Assembly: GCA_951406725.2 (NCBI GenBank)
Contig: OX597814.1
Location: 194,804,001-194,868,000, forward strand
Source: Octopus vulgaris
Lineage: Eukaryota
Direction of reading: 5' to 3'
DNA length: 64,000 nt
The notes below the pieces were generated by a model, which ran no database searches, was not told where the DNA came from, and saw nothing but the letters and a program-made list of their open reading frames with translations. Each line of letters begins with the position of its first letter. Within the stretch, counting starts at the first letter, position 1. The translations under genes and the position numbers were made by a program. Below are positions 11,331 to 24,279 of the stretch, one piece after another.

Positions 11331-11847
11331 ATAGATATAGATGCAAATCTATGTAATTACTTGTCTCCTAAAATCAGGCGTAACTTGGCGATCGGTCAAT
11401 TTGCAACACCGTTCTTCGTCTTGAGTTTACTTGGTAGAGTGTGTTTGTTAACGTCACAACAGGACCAAGGTGAGCTCTGATTGGATGTATGCAAATGAGT
11501 TCATTACTGGGGGTCCGGAACTCTCATGGGAAAAAAATTTCGCGTACAAGATTTCGACTAAATGATTTCAAGGCAGTGCAGCATGGCCACAGTCTAATGA
11601 CTGAAACAAAACCGAGAAAAGATAAAATCTTAACAAACCACACCCTGAAGACCTCAGGATGTTGTGTTGAATGACTGAGGACTGGACAGTTTTGCAAAAC
11701 ATAACAACGTTGATTTGAAATTCTGTTGTTTTCCATGTTAACTGCTTCTTTCAAAAGTGCATTTATAATAGTTAATGGGGTGGGGTATAAAAACGTATGT
11801 GAAGTGTGAATATATTCTGATTATATGACGGGCATCTTTCAGCTTCT

Positions 11848-12063
11848 TATTTCTTTATTGCCCACAAGGGGACAAACAAGGACAGACAAAAGGATTAAGT
11901 CAATTACATCGACCCCAGTGCATAACTGGTACTTTATTTATCAACCCCGAAAGGATGAAAGGCAAAGTCGACCTTGGCGGAATTTGAACTCAGAACGTAA
12001 CAGCAGATGAAATACCGCTAAGCATTTCACCCGGCATGCTAACATTTTTGCAGCTCGCCGCCT
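11848..12063 (-). mobile_element. Family M SINE nested in a C1 SINE (11825-12210)
   Basis: 13 bp TSD TCTTTCAGCTTCT at 11835-11847 and 12064-12076. Confidence 0.88.
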
Positions 12064-12460
12064 TCTTTCAGCTTCTGCCTACCAAATCTACACACAAGGC
12101 TTTGATCAGCCTCGGGCTACAGGAGAAAACACCTGCCCAAGGTCCAATGCAATGGAACTGAACATGGAACAATGTGGTTAAGAAGCATCCTTCTTACCAC
12201 ACAGCCACAGAATCTTTGCTTTCTGAATACATGAATTCAATATTCTCTGTAAAGCAGTACACTCTGCAAAATGGCTGGTGTTAGGAAAGGCATCCAGCCA
12301 TAGAAACCTTGCCAACACTGACAAATGGAGCCTGGGCAGATCTCTGGATTGCCAACCCCTGTCGTTCTGTCCAACCCATGCCAGCATGGAAAACAGATGT
12401 TAAATATGAATGATGATGATTCTGTTGACACATCAGGGCAACAGTATATGTACCAGGAAA

Positions 12461-12690
12461 GGTGGCGAGCTGGCAGAATCGTTAGCATGCCGGGCGAAAT
12501 GCTAAGCAGTATTTCGTCTGCCATTACATTCTGAGTTCAAATTCCGCCGAGGTCAACTTTGCCTTTCATCCTTTCAGGGTCGATTAAATAAATACCAGTT
12601 ACGCACTGGGTCGATGTAATTGACTTAATTCGTGTTTCTGTCCTTGTTTGTCCCCTCTATGTTTAGCCCCTTTTGGGTAGTAAAGAAATA
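12461..12690 (+). mobile_element. Family M SINE, full length
   Basis: 18 bp TSD AGTATATGTACCAGGAAA at 12443-12460 and 12691-12708. Confidence 0.92.
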
Positions 12691-13126
12691 AGTATATGTA
12701 CCAGGAAAAAATTGGGTTTACTTGACAACAATGCTTTAAATCAGTCACTCTCTACTAATGCTTGAAATTATTGTTGTTGTTGCTGCTAAGGTGGCAAGCT
12801 GTAAGAATAGTGTGTTGCTAAGTTCAAATTCCACTGAGGTTGACTTTACCTTTCATAATTTCAGGGTTGATAAAATAAGTACCAGTTGAAATCTGGGATC
12901 TAATTGGCTTTCCTCTCCTCCCAAAATTGTTTGTCTGTCTTTACTGAAGTAGCTCTGCAATTTCACAACCAGTGTTGGTGTGTTTATATCCCCCATTACT
13001 TAGCAGCTTGGCAAAAGACACCAATAGAATAAGTACTGGGGTCAATTTGTTCAATTGAAGTTCTTCAGGGCAGTGCCCCAGCATGGCCACAGTCTGATGA
13101 CTGACACAAAAGACAAAAGATACAAG

Positions 13127-13357
13127 GGCGGCGAGCTTGGCAGAATCGTTAGACCACCGAGCAAAATGCTTAGAGGTATTTCATCTGCCGCTACGTACTG
13201 AGTTCAAATTCCGCCGAGGTCGACTTTGCCTTTCGTCCTTTCGGGTTTGATTAAATAAGTACCAGTTACGCGCTGGGGTCGATATAATCGACTTAATCCG
13301 TTTGTCTGTCCTTGTTTGTCCTCTCTGTGATTAGCCCCTTGTGGGTAGTAAAGAAAT
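13127..13357 (+). mobile_element. Family M SINE, young
   Basis: CpG-intact; TSD AGATACAAG. Confidence 0.88.
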
Positions 13358-13779
13358 AGATACAAGTCTACATACATCCCTAGAATATTGTATGAAGAAA
13401 AAAAGTTAAGGGGTTAAAGGTTCCTTTTGAGCAATATCTATACACTTCATCATTTGCATGCCCAGCTGGAGACATGCAGTCATGTATGAATTTGATGGTC
13501 TGTCACCATGGCAACAACAACGACTGTTGATAGATGCCATTGTATCTGAAAGTCTTTAAGTTTCTGTGCTATCAATATATGCATCATTAAGTACGATTTT
13601 CTTCTTAACACTGTCTCAGTGAACCATAATCTATGGAAACTTGCTACAACTTGAGTTTAATAGAAAAAAAAATGAAAAAAAAAAAGGTTTCTAAATATTT
13701 GATAACATGGTTCACAGAGGCGGAACTTCATCTTTTAATCCTTAATCATTTAAATTTCCATATAATCTAAAAAGATTTC

Positions 13780-14220
13780 TGTGTGGTAAGTAGCTTGCTT
13801 GCCAACCACATGGTTCCGGGTTCGGTCCCACTGCGTGGCACCTTGGGCAAGTGTCTTCTACTATAGCCTCGGGCCAACCAAAGCCTTGTGAGTGGATTTG
13901 GTAGACAGAAACTGAAAGAAGCCCGTTGTATATATGTTTATGTGTGTATTTGTGTGTGTGTGTGTGTGTATTTTGTACTTCTTCATCTTGACATTCTGTG
14001 ATTGTTGTAAAGAAGTTTGACCATTTATACAAGCAGTGTTCTTCATTTCTAATCTTCCATGAAAACATAATCCGATCATTGGAAATACTACTTTTGCTTG
14101 GAAATGGGTGAGGGTTAACAACAGCAAAGGCATCCGGCTATTGAACATCTGTCTCAACAAATTCTATTCGAATCACGCAAACATGGGAAAGTGGACACTA
14201 AACTGATAAAGAAGATAATG
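13780..14220 (+). mobile_element. C1-type head joined to an older RTE-type tail
   Basis: CORE-like head, then GGTGAGGGTTAACAACAGCAAAGGCATCC...GAAAGTGGACACTAAA; related tails near 17000-17180, 37980-38112 and 51030-51220. Confidence 0.6.
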
Positions 14221-14604
14221 GCATGCTGTGAGGTAATTAGCTCAAAAGAGGAAAATGCACCTATCGCTTTTCTTAGTTTCAGTAAAAGTACTTCACTGGG
14301 TCTTAGTTTCAGTAAAAGTACTTCACAACCAGCTGTCAACAAATGACTGAAAATATAAATTGGAGGCCGCTCAATATTCTCAATTCGTGTTACGCCACAT
14401 ACAGATGTGTTTGATGGCAGAAGATCAGTGAAGCTTGCAAAGAGATGGAATTTATAACCTCATTCAATTACTTTTATATTATTTATGCATTGCACCAAGT
14501 ACTTTTCATTTTGCATCTTCATTCTTGTATTTATCTTGGCGTCTTTCTTTATTGATTGCTGTATAACAACTTAAAAACTGTTCATAGAATACACTTTGGT
14601 ATCA

Positions 14605-14998
14605 TACTCTTTACTTACTTGTTTCAGTCACTTGACTGCGGCCATGCTGGAGCACCGCCTTTTAGTCGAGCAAATCGACCCAGGACTTATTCTTTGTAAG
14701 CCTAGTACTTATTCTCTCGGTCTCTTTTGCCGAACCGCTAAGTGATGGGGACATAAACACATCAGCATCGGTTGTCAAGCAATGCTAGGGGGACAAACAC
14801 AGACACACAAACACACACACACACACACATACATACGATGGGCTTCTTTCAGTTTCCGTTTACCAAATCCACTCACAAGGCTTTGGTCTGCCCTAGGCTA
14901 TGGTAGAAGACACTTGCCCAAGATGCCACGCAGTAGGACTGAACCCGGAACCATGTGGTTGGTAAGCAAGCTACTTACCACACAGCCACTCCTGCACC
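14605..14998 (-). mobile_element. Family C1 SINE, full length
   Basis: Head, CORE-like motif, internal microsatellite, tail CAGTCAAGTGACTGAAACAAGTAA. Confidence 0.9.
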
Positions 14999-15445
14999 TA
15001 TCATCATCACCAATACTGCTTTTATGTCTGCTTTCCATGCATGTACAACTTGCAGGAATCATTGCTGTGCTACTTGTTGAAATGCTGGACCAAATCTTGG
15101 TCATAAATTTCAAATTTGGTTTGGTTTCCTGTAACTGGATGCCCTTTTTCTTTCATTGTTTCAACTGGGGGCACTGAATTCAAGGTTTTTAATCTGATCC
15201 TGGTACTTATTTTTTAAAGTCTGCTATTTATTCTATCAGCCTCTTATGCCAAACTGATAAATTACAGGGATGTAAACAAACCAACATAGGTTGTCAGGCA
15301 ATGATGGGGACAAACACACACACAATTTACTTCTTCTAGTTTTCCTTTACTAATCCATTCACAACCTCTCTGTAGTAGGGGACACTTTCCCCAGGTGCCA
15401 TGCAGTGGGACTGAACCTAGAATCATGTTGGAAAGCAAGCTTCTT

Positions 15446-15975
15446 TATTTCGCTAAATTGGCTATGAAAACCGTACACAGATGGAGAAGCTACAGGCTGG
15501 ACAAAGACATTAATGAGATGAGACGAATGATAAACAGGATGATATTAATGAGAGAAGGCAAAAGACGCCTGACCGATCTTTGCTTCTCTAAAACATTGTT
15601 CTTTTGTGAACTTACAATTTGAGGCAACAAACCTCTTACCAATATTTCTTTTGGATTCAAGGTCCTTACAACGAGGCACTAATGACACCATGTCCTTGAA
15701 ATGAAGCACTTGGCCTCTTGCAATTTTCTTACCATACATCCACACCTGTCTTATGCCAACCACTTTATGGTCTGTAACTTGTGCATTTTCTTGTGGCATC
15801 AGCACTAAGGAATTTATCATGTCCTTTGATAAGACTAAAGGTATCTCTTGATTACACACTTAACGGTGTGCACTGGGTGTTTCTCAGTATGGGCCTCAGC
15901 ACTAGGGATGAGAAGGGTGCAAGTGTGATATCAAGAGGTCAATAGATACTGAGGGTGAATGATGGATGTTGCTAC
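15446..15975 (-). mobile_element. 5'-truncated LINE (Tx1/L1-like 3' end) inserted in a C1 SINE
   Basis: TSD CAA(G/A)CTTCTT at 15436-15445 and 15976-15985; AATAAA at the 3' end; 104 aa open frame; clade assignment weak. Confidence 0.55.
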
Positions 15976-16387
15976 CAAACTTCTTAACCATACAGCCATG
16001 CTCATGGTTAATCCACATTTCTCCATAAGGAGCTTAGGGCCAGCTTTCCGGTTTTTCTGGCATGTATATTCCTCCCTGGATGGGAATTTGGTCCATCCCA
16101 GGCCATGCACATGGCTGAAACATATTTGTTATAAGGCTGCTCTTTTAGGAGGACACAAGAACCATTTAAAGAAAGCATTTTTGCACATTTGTCCAGGCAC
16201 AGGTGTAACTGTGTGTGGTAAGAAGCTTGCTTCTCAACTACCTGGTATTAGGTTTAGTTCCATTAAGTGGTACCATGGGCAGATGTCTTCTCCTGTAGCT
16301 CCAGGTCGACCAAAGCCTTATGAGTGGATTCAGTAGACAGAAGCTGAAAGAAGCTCATCATATATGTATGTGTATGTATACATACAA

Positions 16388-16712
16388 GTGAAGGCACATG
16401 GCTTTGTGGTTAGAGTATTCGGCTCACAATCTTAAGGTCAGGAGTTCAATTCCTGGTGATGCATTTTGTCCTTGAGCAAGACACTTTATTCCCTGTTACT
16501 CCAGTCCACCCCCCTAGCAAAAATGAGTAGTACCTGTATTTCAAACGACCAGCCGTGTCACATTCTGTGTCACGCTGAATCTCCCTGAGAACTACGTTAA
16601 GGGTACATGTGTCTGTGGAGTGCTCAGCCACTTGCATGTTAATCTCACAAGCATGCTGTTCCGTTGATCAGATCAGCTGGAACCCTCGTCGTCATAATCG
16701 ACAGAATATCAG
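16388..16712 (+). mobile_element. Family C2 SINE, full length
   Basis: GTGAAGGCACATGG head, GTCCTTGAGCAAGACACTT CORE-like motif. Confidence 0.88.
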
Positions 16713-16716
16713 TATA

Positions 16717-16952
16717 TAAAAAGCACCATCCGACCGTGGTCGTTTGCCAGCCTCGTCTGGCACCTGTGCCAGTGACACGTAAAAAGCACCCACTACACTC
16801 ATGGAGTGGTTGGCGTTAGGAAGGGCATCCAGCCGTAGAAACATTGCCAGATCAGACTGGGCCTACTGCAGCCTTCTGGCTTCCCAGACCCCAGTTGCAC
16901 CGTCCAACCCATGCTAGCATGGAAAGCGGACGCTAAATGATGATGATGATGA
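16717..16952 (+). mobile_element. Family A element with about 1.3 array units
   Basis: AAAAAGCACC twice, RTE-type segment, (GAT)n. Confidence 0.85.
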
Positions 16953-17210
16953 TATATGTCTGTATGTTACTGTCTCTCTGACTTGACTAACATTGCATGA
17001 TGGCTGTAAGCAAACATCCCCATCATGCAAATAGCGTCCTTTATTTCTAGTCTTCCCAGACATGTTTGGTTATTAGGAAATATTCACCTTGCCTGGAAAC
17101 AAGTGAGAGTTGGCAACAAAAAGGGCTTCAATTCCAACATCCTTGTGGGCATGGAAAAGAGCACGTTAAAATGATGATGATCTAAATGCATTTTCATAAA
17201 CTTTTATGCA

Positions 17211-17241
<31 letters not shown>

Positions 17242-17580
17242 ACAAAACAAGTGCTACATGTTTATACTTGTATGTCAATGCATATATGACACATGTTAAA
17301 TATTTCTAAATATAACAAATACTTTAAGTGCTTTACATGTTTTATCAACCATGGTGGAATTTATACTCAAATGTGAGATAAATTGATTACTGTAGTGCAT
17401 TTTACCTGGTTTTCTGTTATATCATTCGTGTCTACTGTCCTAATTAACACATTGATTAAACATGTAACAAGAGAGCTTTACAGGGTCATATAAACTGTTA
17501 GGAATAGCAGCCAAATCTCTCACAGATTATATCCTGTCACCTAAAAGTAAAGATACCTTGTCTAATATCTTTATCTTTTA

Positions 17581-17973
17581 AAGGTGGTGAGCTGGCAGAA
17601 TTGTTAGCATACCGGGCAAAATGCTTAGCGGTATTTCGTTTGCCGCTACGTTCTGTGTTCAAATTTCGCCGAGATCGACTTTGCCTTTCATCCTTTCGGG
17701 GTCGATTAAATAAGTACCAGTTATGCACTGGAGTCGATATAATCGACTTAATACCTATGTCTGTCCTTGTTTGTCCCCTCTGTGTTTAGCCCCTTTTGGG
17801 TAGTAAAGAAATAGGTATTTCGTCTGTCTTTCCATTCCAAGTTCAAATTCCACCGAGGTTGACTTTGATCCTTTCGGGGTCGATAAATTAAATACCAGCT
17901 GCATACTGGGGTTGATCTCATTGACTGCCCCCACTCACCGAAAATTTCGGGCCTTGTGCCTAGAGTAGGAAAG
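17581..17973 (+). mobile_element. Family M SINE dimer
   Basis: 17 bp TSD AATATCTTTATCTTTTA at 17564-17580 and 17974-17990 flanks the whole dimer. Confidence 0.92.
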
Positions 17974-18558
17974 AATATCTTTATCTTTTACTTGTTTCAG
18001 TCATTTGACTATGGACCTTGGTGAAGCGCCACCTTGAAGGGTTTTAAGTTGAACAAACCCAGTGCTTATTTTATGAGCCTGGTATTTATTCTATCGGTCT
18101 CTGTGGCCAAACTGCTAAGTTGTGATGTAAACAAACCAACATCGGCTGTGAAGTGTTGATGAAAAAGAAAGGCAAACACACACACATGGCAGGTTTCTGC
18201 TCAGTTTCCTTTTTACCAAATTCACTTACAAGGCATTAGTAGGCCCAGAGCTATAGCAAAAGATACTTGCCCAAGGTGTCACACAGTGGGACTGAACTCA
18301 AAACCATGTGGCTAGGAAGCAAGCTTCTTAAACAGACAGTCATGCCTGTATCAATAAATATATTTCTAGATAAACTATACATGATATGAGAGTCATGGCT
18401 GGAATACTGTTACCATAGAGGTCTGCTTGATCCAGGTCATGACCTAGGGCTAAACAATTTTCACTTAGAGAAGGTATTTTTACATCTTCATTGAAATGGA
18501 TTTTCACAAGCTGGCGCCACATTAAAAGTACTGGTGCCATGTAAAAGGCAGACATTAA

Positions 18559-19247
18559 CCCTTTCAATACCTATTTCTTTACTACCCACAAGGGGCTAAA
18601 CACAGTGAGGACAAACAAGGACAGACAAATGGATTAAGTTGATTAACTGGTACTTATTTAATCGACCCCGAAAGGATGAAAGGCAAAGTCGACCTCGGTG
18701 GAACTTGAACTCACAACGTATAGGCAGATGAAATACCGCTAAGCATTTTGCCCGGTGTGCTAACGCTTCTGCCAGCTCACCACCTTGACCAATGCCAACC
18801 TGGCTTAAACCGTGTCTGGCTCTGTATTACAAATGTCTTGTTTTTGTAAGTTTTGAATTAAAATCTTCCACCAAACTCAAGTCACAATTTATGTTCCTAA
18901 CACTAGCTTAACAATGACTAAGTTATTTTACTAAATTCTTTGTTATATTTAAAATTAATTGAAAGAAACACAGAATATCTCAATAGAAATATGGTAACAA
19001 AATGGTTAACAAATGATTAATTTAACCCTTTTAATATCAAACTGGCTGAAACCACCTCTGGCTCTGTAGTACAAATGTCTTGTTATCATAAGTTTTTGAA
19101 TTAAAATCTTCCGCCAAACCTTAGTTACAATTTATGTACCTAACACCAGCTTAATGATAACCAAGTTATTTTACTAAATTCTTTGTTATATTTAAAATTA
19201 ATTGAAAGAAACACAGAATATCTCAAAAGAAATACAGTAACAAAAGG
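18559..19247. mobile_element. Two tandem piggyBac-like MITEs (family 2); the first contains an M SINE (about 18568-18786)
   Basis: TTAA|CCCTTT starts at 18559 and 19026; bodies match 53676-53895. Confidence 0.8.
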
Positions 19248-19714
19248 ATCAAAAGATAATGACTCATGTAAGACATACTCACACACACACATATTTATAC
19301 ATACATGACACCTGTTGAATATACCTAGATACAATAAATACTTAAAGCAGGTTTACTGACTTGCATTAATTAAAGTACCTGACACCTGCTACTTACTGAT
19401 ACAACTTTGTATTAATAACACTAGTCAACAAAAAAACGATTTTTGAAATGTTGTCGCGACATCAAACATTTTTTTTATTTAGCTAATTCAAGGACACTGA
19501 ATCTTGATTAGCTACCATTTTTGCTGTACAGGAATGCTTCATTTTTGGGGGAAAAAGCATTTTTTTTTTCAATTGTTTTCTGTATATTTGATATTGATCG
19601 ATGGTAATATTTCCCAAAGTAAAATCATAGAAACCTCTCAATTCGTATTTAAACCAACAAATATTGGTCTGCTTATCGAGAAATACTAGTTTTGCGATAA
19701 CAATCAGACCTTAA

Positions 19715-19933
19715 CCCTTTAGTGTTCAGATTATTCTATCAAACATAATGCTTATTGATTCCCATTGATTTGAATTAATCATGCATTATCTCATATCTTC
19801 AAGATCTTGATGGTGTAATTACTTAATGTAGAATAACATTGTAGGGTAGGTGTGAGAGCCTGGATCTGGTCAGTTTGAACATAAAACAGATTAACTATTT
19901 TGGCCGGATATGGCCAGTTTAAATACTAAAGGG
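19715..19933. mobile_element. piggyBac-like MITE (family 1) nested in the Chapaev element
   Basis: TTAA|CCCTTTAGT...ACTAAAGGG|TTAA. Confidence 0.82.
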
Positions 19934-20367
19934 TTAAGTCTTTAAAAATAACACGATTGAATTTACCAAGACCAACAAGTATTTTCATCAAATCATTAAA
20001 TAAACTAACAGCAGAAATAAAACCTTCATGTACATAAGAACTATGGTAAAAAATTTTTCTTTCTTGATTGTCTGTTATGTTCAATGTTATTTAAGTCCCT
20101 TTTGATACTCCAGCAGTAGTCAGCCATCATTCGTTTGTCCTACCGTCCCTTGTAGTGCTCTTCCATTGTTTTGATATCCTGATGGAATCCTTCTCCTTTC
20201 TCGTCACTCACATTGCCGCAATTATCCAGAAATTTATCTAGCTGGATATGTAAAGAAAATAAACTTTAATACACGTATTAGTGCCTACGCCCTGAAGACT
20301 TTTCAACAGCTTTTCCACTAACTCCTTGTAGTTTTCGGCCCGGTGATTTCCTTAGAAGTCTTGCATA

Positions 20368-20660
20368 TCACGTGATCACGTGACCGACCAGACCATCAGA
20401 TGTTGTTACACATCGCTGGTCACAATGCGTTCGCATTGTTTTAGCCTTCGAATGACGCCACCCCGCTGGCTAAGCGAGCAGGCCAACAGAAGAAAGAGTG
20501 GTGAAAGAGTACAGCAGGGATCACCACCCCCTGCCGGAGCCTCGTGGAGCTTTTAGGTGTTTTCGCTCAATAAACACTCACAACGCCCAGTCTGGTAATC
20601 GAAACCGCGATCCTGCGACCGCGAGTCCACTGCCCTAACCACTAGGCCATTGCGCCTCCA
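20368..20660 (-). mobile_element. Family R SINE (tail a)
   Basis: Matches 36787-37097; TSD AGAAGTYTTGCRTA at 20354-20367 and 20661-20674. Confidence 0.88.
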
Positions 20661-20672
20661 AGAAGTTTTGCG

Positions 20673-21522
20673 TATAAATAGAACGAAGAGATTGATAAAA
20701 AAGTTAAAAAGATTATGAATAAAACATGGGTGATAATGGACAAAAGGTGGTATACCAAGGACATGAGAACGGTACTACTGGAAAACAAAAAAAGCAGAGA
20801 TATTATTGGCCTTATTGAATATAAAAAATACTGAAATGTACTTTGAGTTCAAGGTTATGCCGAAAACCATAAAATTCAATGATTTGGTGGAAACTTATCG
20901 ATTTTTTTTTTTTTTTTAAAGTGGCTGTGTGGTAAGTAGCTTGCTAACCAACCACATGGTTCCGGGTTCAATCCCACTGCGTGGCATCTTGGGCGAGTGT
21001 CTTCTGCTATAGCCCCGGGTCAACAATGCCTTGTGAGTGGATTTGGTAGACGGAAACTGAAAGAAGCCTGTCGTATATATATGTATGTATATATATATAT
21101 GTGTGTGTTTGTGCGTCTGTGTTTGTCCCCCTAGCATTACTTGACAACCGATGCTGGTGTGTTTACGTTCCCGTCACTTAGCGGTTCGGCAAAAGAGACC
21201 GATAGAATAAGTACTGGGCTTACAAAGAATAAGTCCCGGGGTCGATTTGCTCGACTAAAGGCGGTGCTCCAGCATGGCTGCAGTCAAATGACTGAAACAA
21301 GTAAAAGAGAAAGAGAAAAAAAATGATACATACATGAACATAAGAACGGTAAAATGGAACTGCGAGCTTTGGGGGGCTCGTAAGCCCTTACATTTTTTTC
21401 ATTCGATTTTATTGTCATACACATTTTCATTTATTCGTTTTATGTAGCCCCACCTTTTGTGTTGTCCGTCTTCGTATTGTCCCCTCTTTTTTTTAGGCTA
21501 AATGCCTATAATAAAGATATTA
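20673..21522 (+). mobile_element. 5'-truncated LINE-like 3' fragment containing a C1 SINE (20918-21320)
   Basis: Splits the transposase at NFL|GNH; ends AATAAAGATATT; TSD AGAAGTTTTGC. Confidence 0.6.
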
Positions 21523-23939
21523 AGAAGTTTTGCACCACATCAACAAATGATGTCCAAGTGCATAATTCCAAGTCATTCGTTGAATTAACAAATTCATCAT
21601 CCTTAATGAGTTTCCTGAGATCAGGACCATCAAACATTCCTGCTTTGAGATTTTCCTGGAAGTCCTGGAAATGATTTACATAAATATACTCAAAACATTT
21701 ACTTTCTTTGTTGAGTGATTTTACATACTATTTCATTAATCCTAATTTGATATGCAAGGGAGGGAAGATGATTTTTTTCTTTCGGAACTAGTACTGCACA
21801 AATAACGTTCTTTTCACTGACCTTCAACTCTCGGGGCGGCCAATCTTTCCTTTTCTAGTGTTCCTCTTTTGCTCTACTGTCCTGCAATCACTGACACTCA
21901 ATGTCATTGCAAAGAATAAGATCTGTGTCTCATTAAAGAATGGTACAAGTTCAGCATCCCTATTTCGATAGAATGTTACCTTTGTGCCTTTTGCTAACAG
22001 GTGTTTTTCATTGAGCCTAGAGGCCAAAAGTTCTGCTGGTTCTTTGCTTAGATTTAAGTCTCAAACCAAATCATTCAGCTCATTTTGGTTAAACGGCTCT
22101 GGCACGGTTTTGGGAACATAGTCAGGATCGTTTTTGCTGTGTCTCTCATTTACATCAGTATCAGATTCGTCACTTTCAACAAGTTTTAACAAATTTTCAT
22201 GAAAAACTGGGATTGGCAAATCATCAGAGTAGTTCTTTGGCTCACGCCAGATCATAGGAATAGCGAATCTCAGCAATTTTCGGGTCCTGAAGTCCACTGT
22301 CTCATGTGTTCCAAACATGTCTTGCAAACAATGTGAGGGCCCCATGATTTCTCCTGATCACCTAGCTTGACATGAAAGTAAGCACAATAGGCTTTCTTGT
22401 AGAAGTCAGATATCGGTTTCCTGTTGGTTTTCAGTATGAACTCACCGCATGTATAGCAAAATAATTTGGGATCATTTTTGCACCCTCTCATTGAAACCAT
22501 GTCATTTGATATCTATCTCTGTGATTAAGGAAATTTAGGAAATTTGATCTTTCCTAATGTCCTACAGAAAGACTTGTAAAACTGTCAATAACAAAAGACG
22601 GAAAGAGTCGTTACACCGATTCTACTTTGTATCTTTGTAATCCCGCGTGGAGGGCAGATGTTATAGTGAAACCATTTTCATGGTGTTCATCATGTACAAT
22701 GGAATAGGTGCATTCAATTGAGATGTCTTTAGTTGGAGTATTTTTTCCAACTGTGAAAACAAAAGCTCTTAATATGCTTCCTTTTCCTTCCATATTGAAG
22801 GGATAAAATTGATGGGATAAATTTATGAATATCAAACAGAAGATTTTAAAGTTTCATTTTTTTTATGTCACCTTAATTATCAGATTTACCAAAGTGTGTT
22901 ACTGATAAAGTTTATCAGTTAATTTGAATTTTGGTAATAAATTGGAAAAATTAAGTACTTCTATTTTAAAAGTTATGGCTCAAATATGCTTTTTTTCTGA
23001 TAAAAATAGTTTATTTCAGGTGGCTAACATAAATTGCTCAGCCTACCTGAAAATTCATGGGTTTCTACTACCTTTTTAATTAAATTTTGCAGTCAGCCAA
23101 GATCGTAAATTGATCTTTTTCCCAAAAATGAGCAATTTCAGTGGAGCAAAAATGGTAGCTAACCATGAAAAACTAAGGTCATTTTTGGAATTAGCACCAT
23201 CAAATTAGCTAAAAAAAACGTGTTTTGTTTCTTGGCCCCAAAAATCTTGTTGACCAGTGTAACAATGGGATTCAGTTGTTGGTTGTTCATGAAAGTTACA
23301 ATAAAATGTCATATTTGTGACATTCTAAACAGAAAATGGGATAGACAGATGATTGGAAATGCAGAGCCCTTCCCTGGTGAAAAATGTATAACCCAGCCTA
23401 GGTTAGTGACTTTAAATTTATAGCTTGAAGGGCTCAGAGACACAAACCAGTATAACAAAGGAAGATATGAAAGCTTAAAGATCCATTGAATAATTAGAAC
23501 TTAGAGGAGTACTGGGTGATAAGAGGAAGTGATAAAGATTAACATAGGTGCAGGAGGGGTGAGCTGGTAGAAATGTAAATACCAGTTACACACTGGGGTC
23601 GATATAATTGACTTAATCCATTCGTGTGTCCTTGTTTGTCCCCTCTGTGTGTAGCCCCTTGTGGGCAGTAAAGAAATAAGAAGCTTGCTTCCCAACCATA
23701 TGGTCCCAGGTTCAGTCCCGCTGCGTGACACCTTGGACAAATGTCTTCTACTATAGCCTCGGGCCAACCAAAGCCTTGTGAGTGGATTTGGTGGGTAGAA
23801 ACTGAAAGAAGCCCATCGTATGTATGTATTTGTGTATCTATGTTTGTACCCCCACAAATACTTGACAACCGATACTGTTGTGTTTACATCCCTGTAACTT
23901 AGTGGTTTGGTAATAGAGACCAATAGAATAAATACTAGG

Positions 23940-24131
23940 CTCTGGCTCTGTTGTACAAATGTCTTGTTTTCCTTAGTTTTGAATTAAAATCTACCACCAA
24001 ACCTTAGTCACAATTTATGTTCCTAACACTAGCTGAATGATAACTAAGTTATTTTACTAAATTCTTTGTTATATTTAAAATTAATTGAAAGAAACACAGA
24101 GCATCTCAACAGAAATATGGTAACAAAAGGG
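23940..24131. mobile_element. piggyBac-like MITE family 2, truncated
   Basis: Body match to 53676-53895; ends AAAAGGG|TTAA. Confidence 0.8.
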
Positions 24132-24279
24132 TTAAAGTATAGAATGGATTCTCCAAGCTGAGCCAACTGGCAGAAGACCCAGGAGTTGGCCAAAAGTAAA
24201 ATGGTTGCATAAAATCAGTTAGTCCTACCTGGGAATCCAGCCAGAAAGTCTAATGATGGTTGCATCTAATAGAATCCTA

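Larger units (their letters stand above)
20041..22500 (-). pseudogene. Chapaev3-type transposase pseudogene (stops, frameshifts, internal deletions, insert at about 20368-21522)
   Basis: Motifs CKNDPKLFCYTCGEF...KLGDQEKSWGPHIVCKTC, PMIWREPKN, PPLHIKLGLMK, AGMFDGPDLRKL, NFL|GNHRAENY, VSDEKGEGFHQDI, MMADYCWSIKR. Confidence 0.88.
19419..23259 (-). mobile_element. Full-length decayed Chapaev3-type (CMC) DNA transposon
   Basis: Termini CACTAGTCAACA / TGTTGACCAGTG, imperfect subterminal IR (TTAGCTAATT, TTAGCTACCATTTTTGCT), 3 bp TSD TAA on both sides, internal transposase remnant. Confidence 0.85.
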
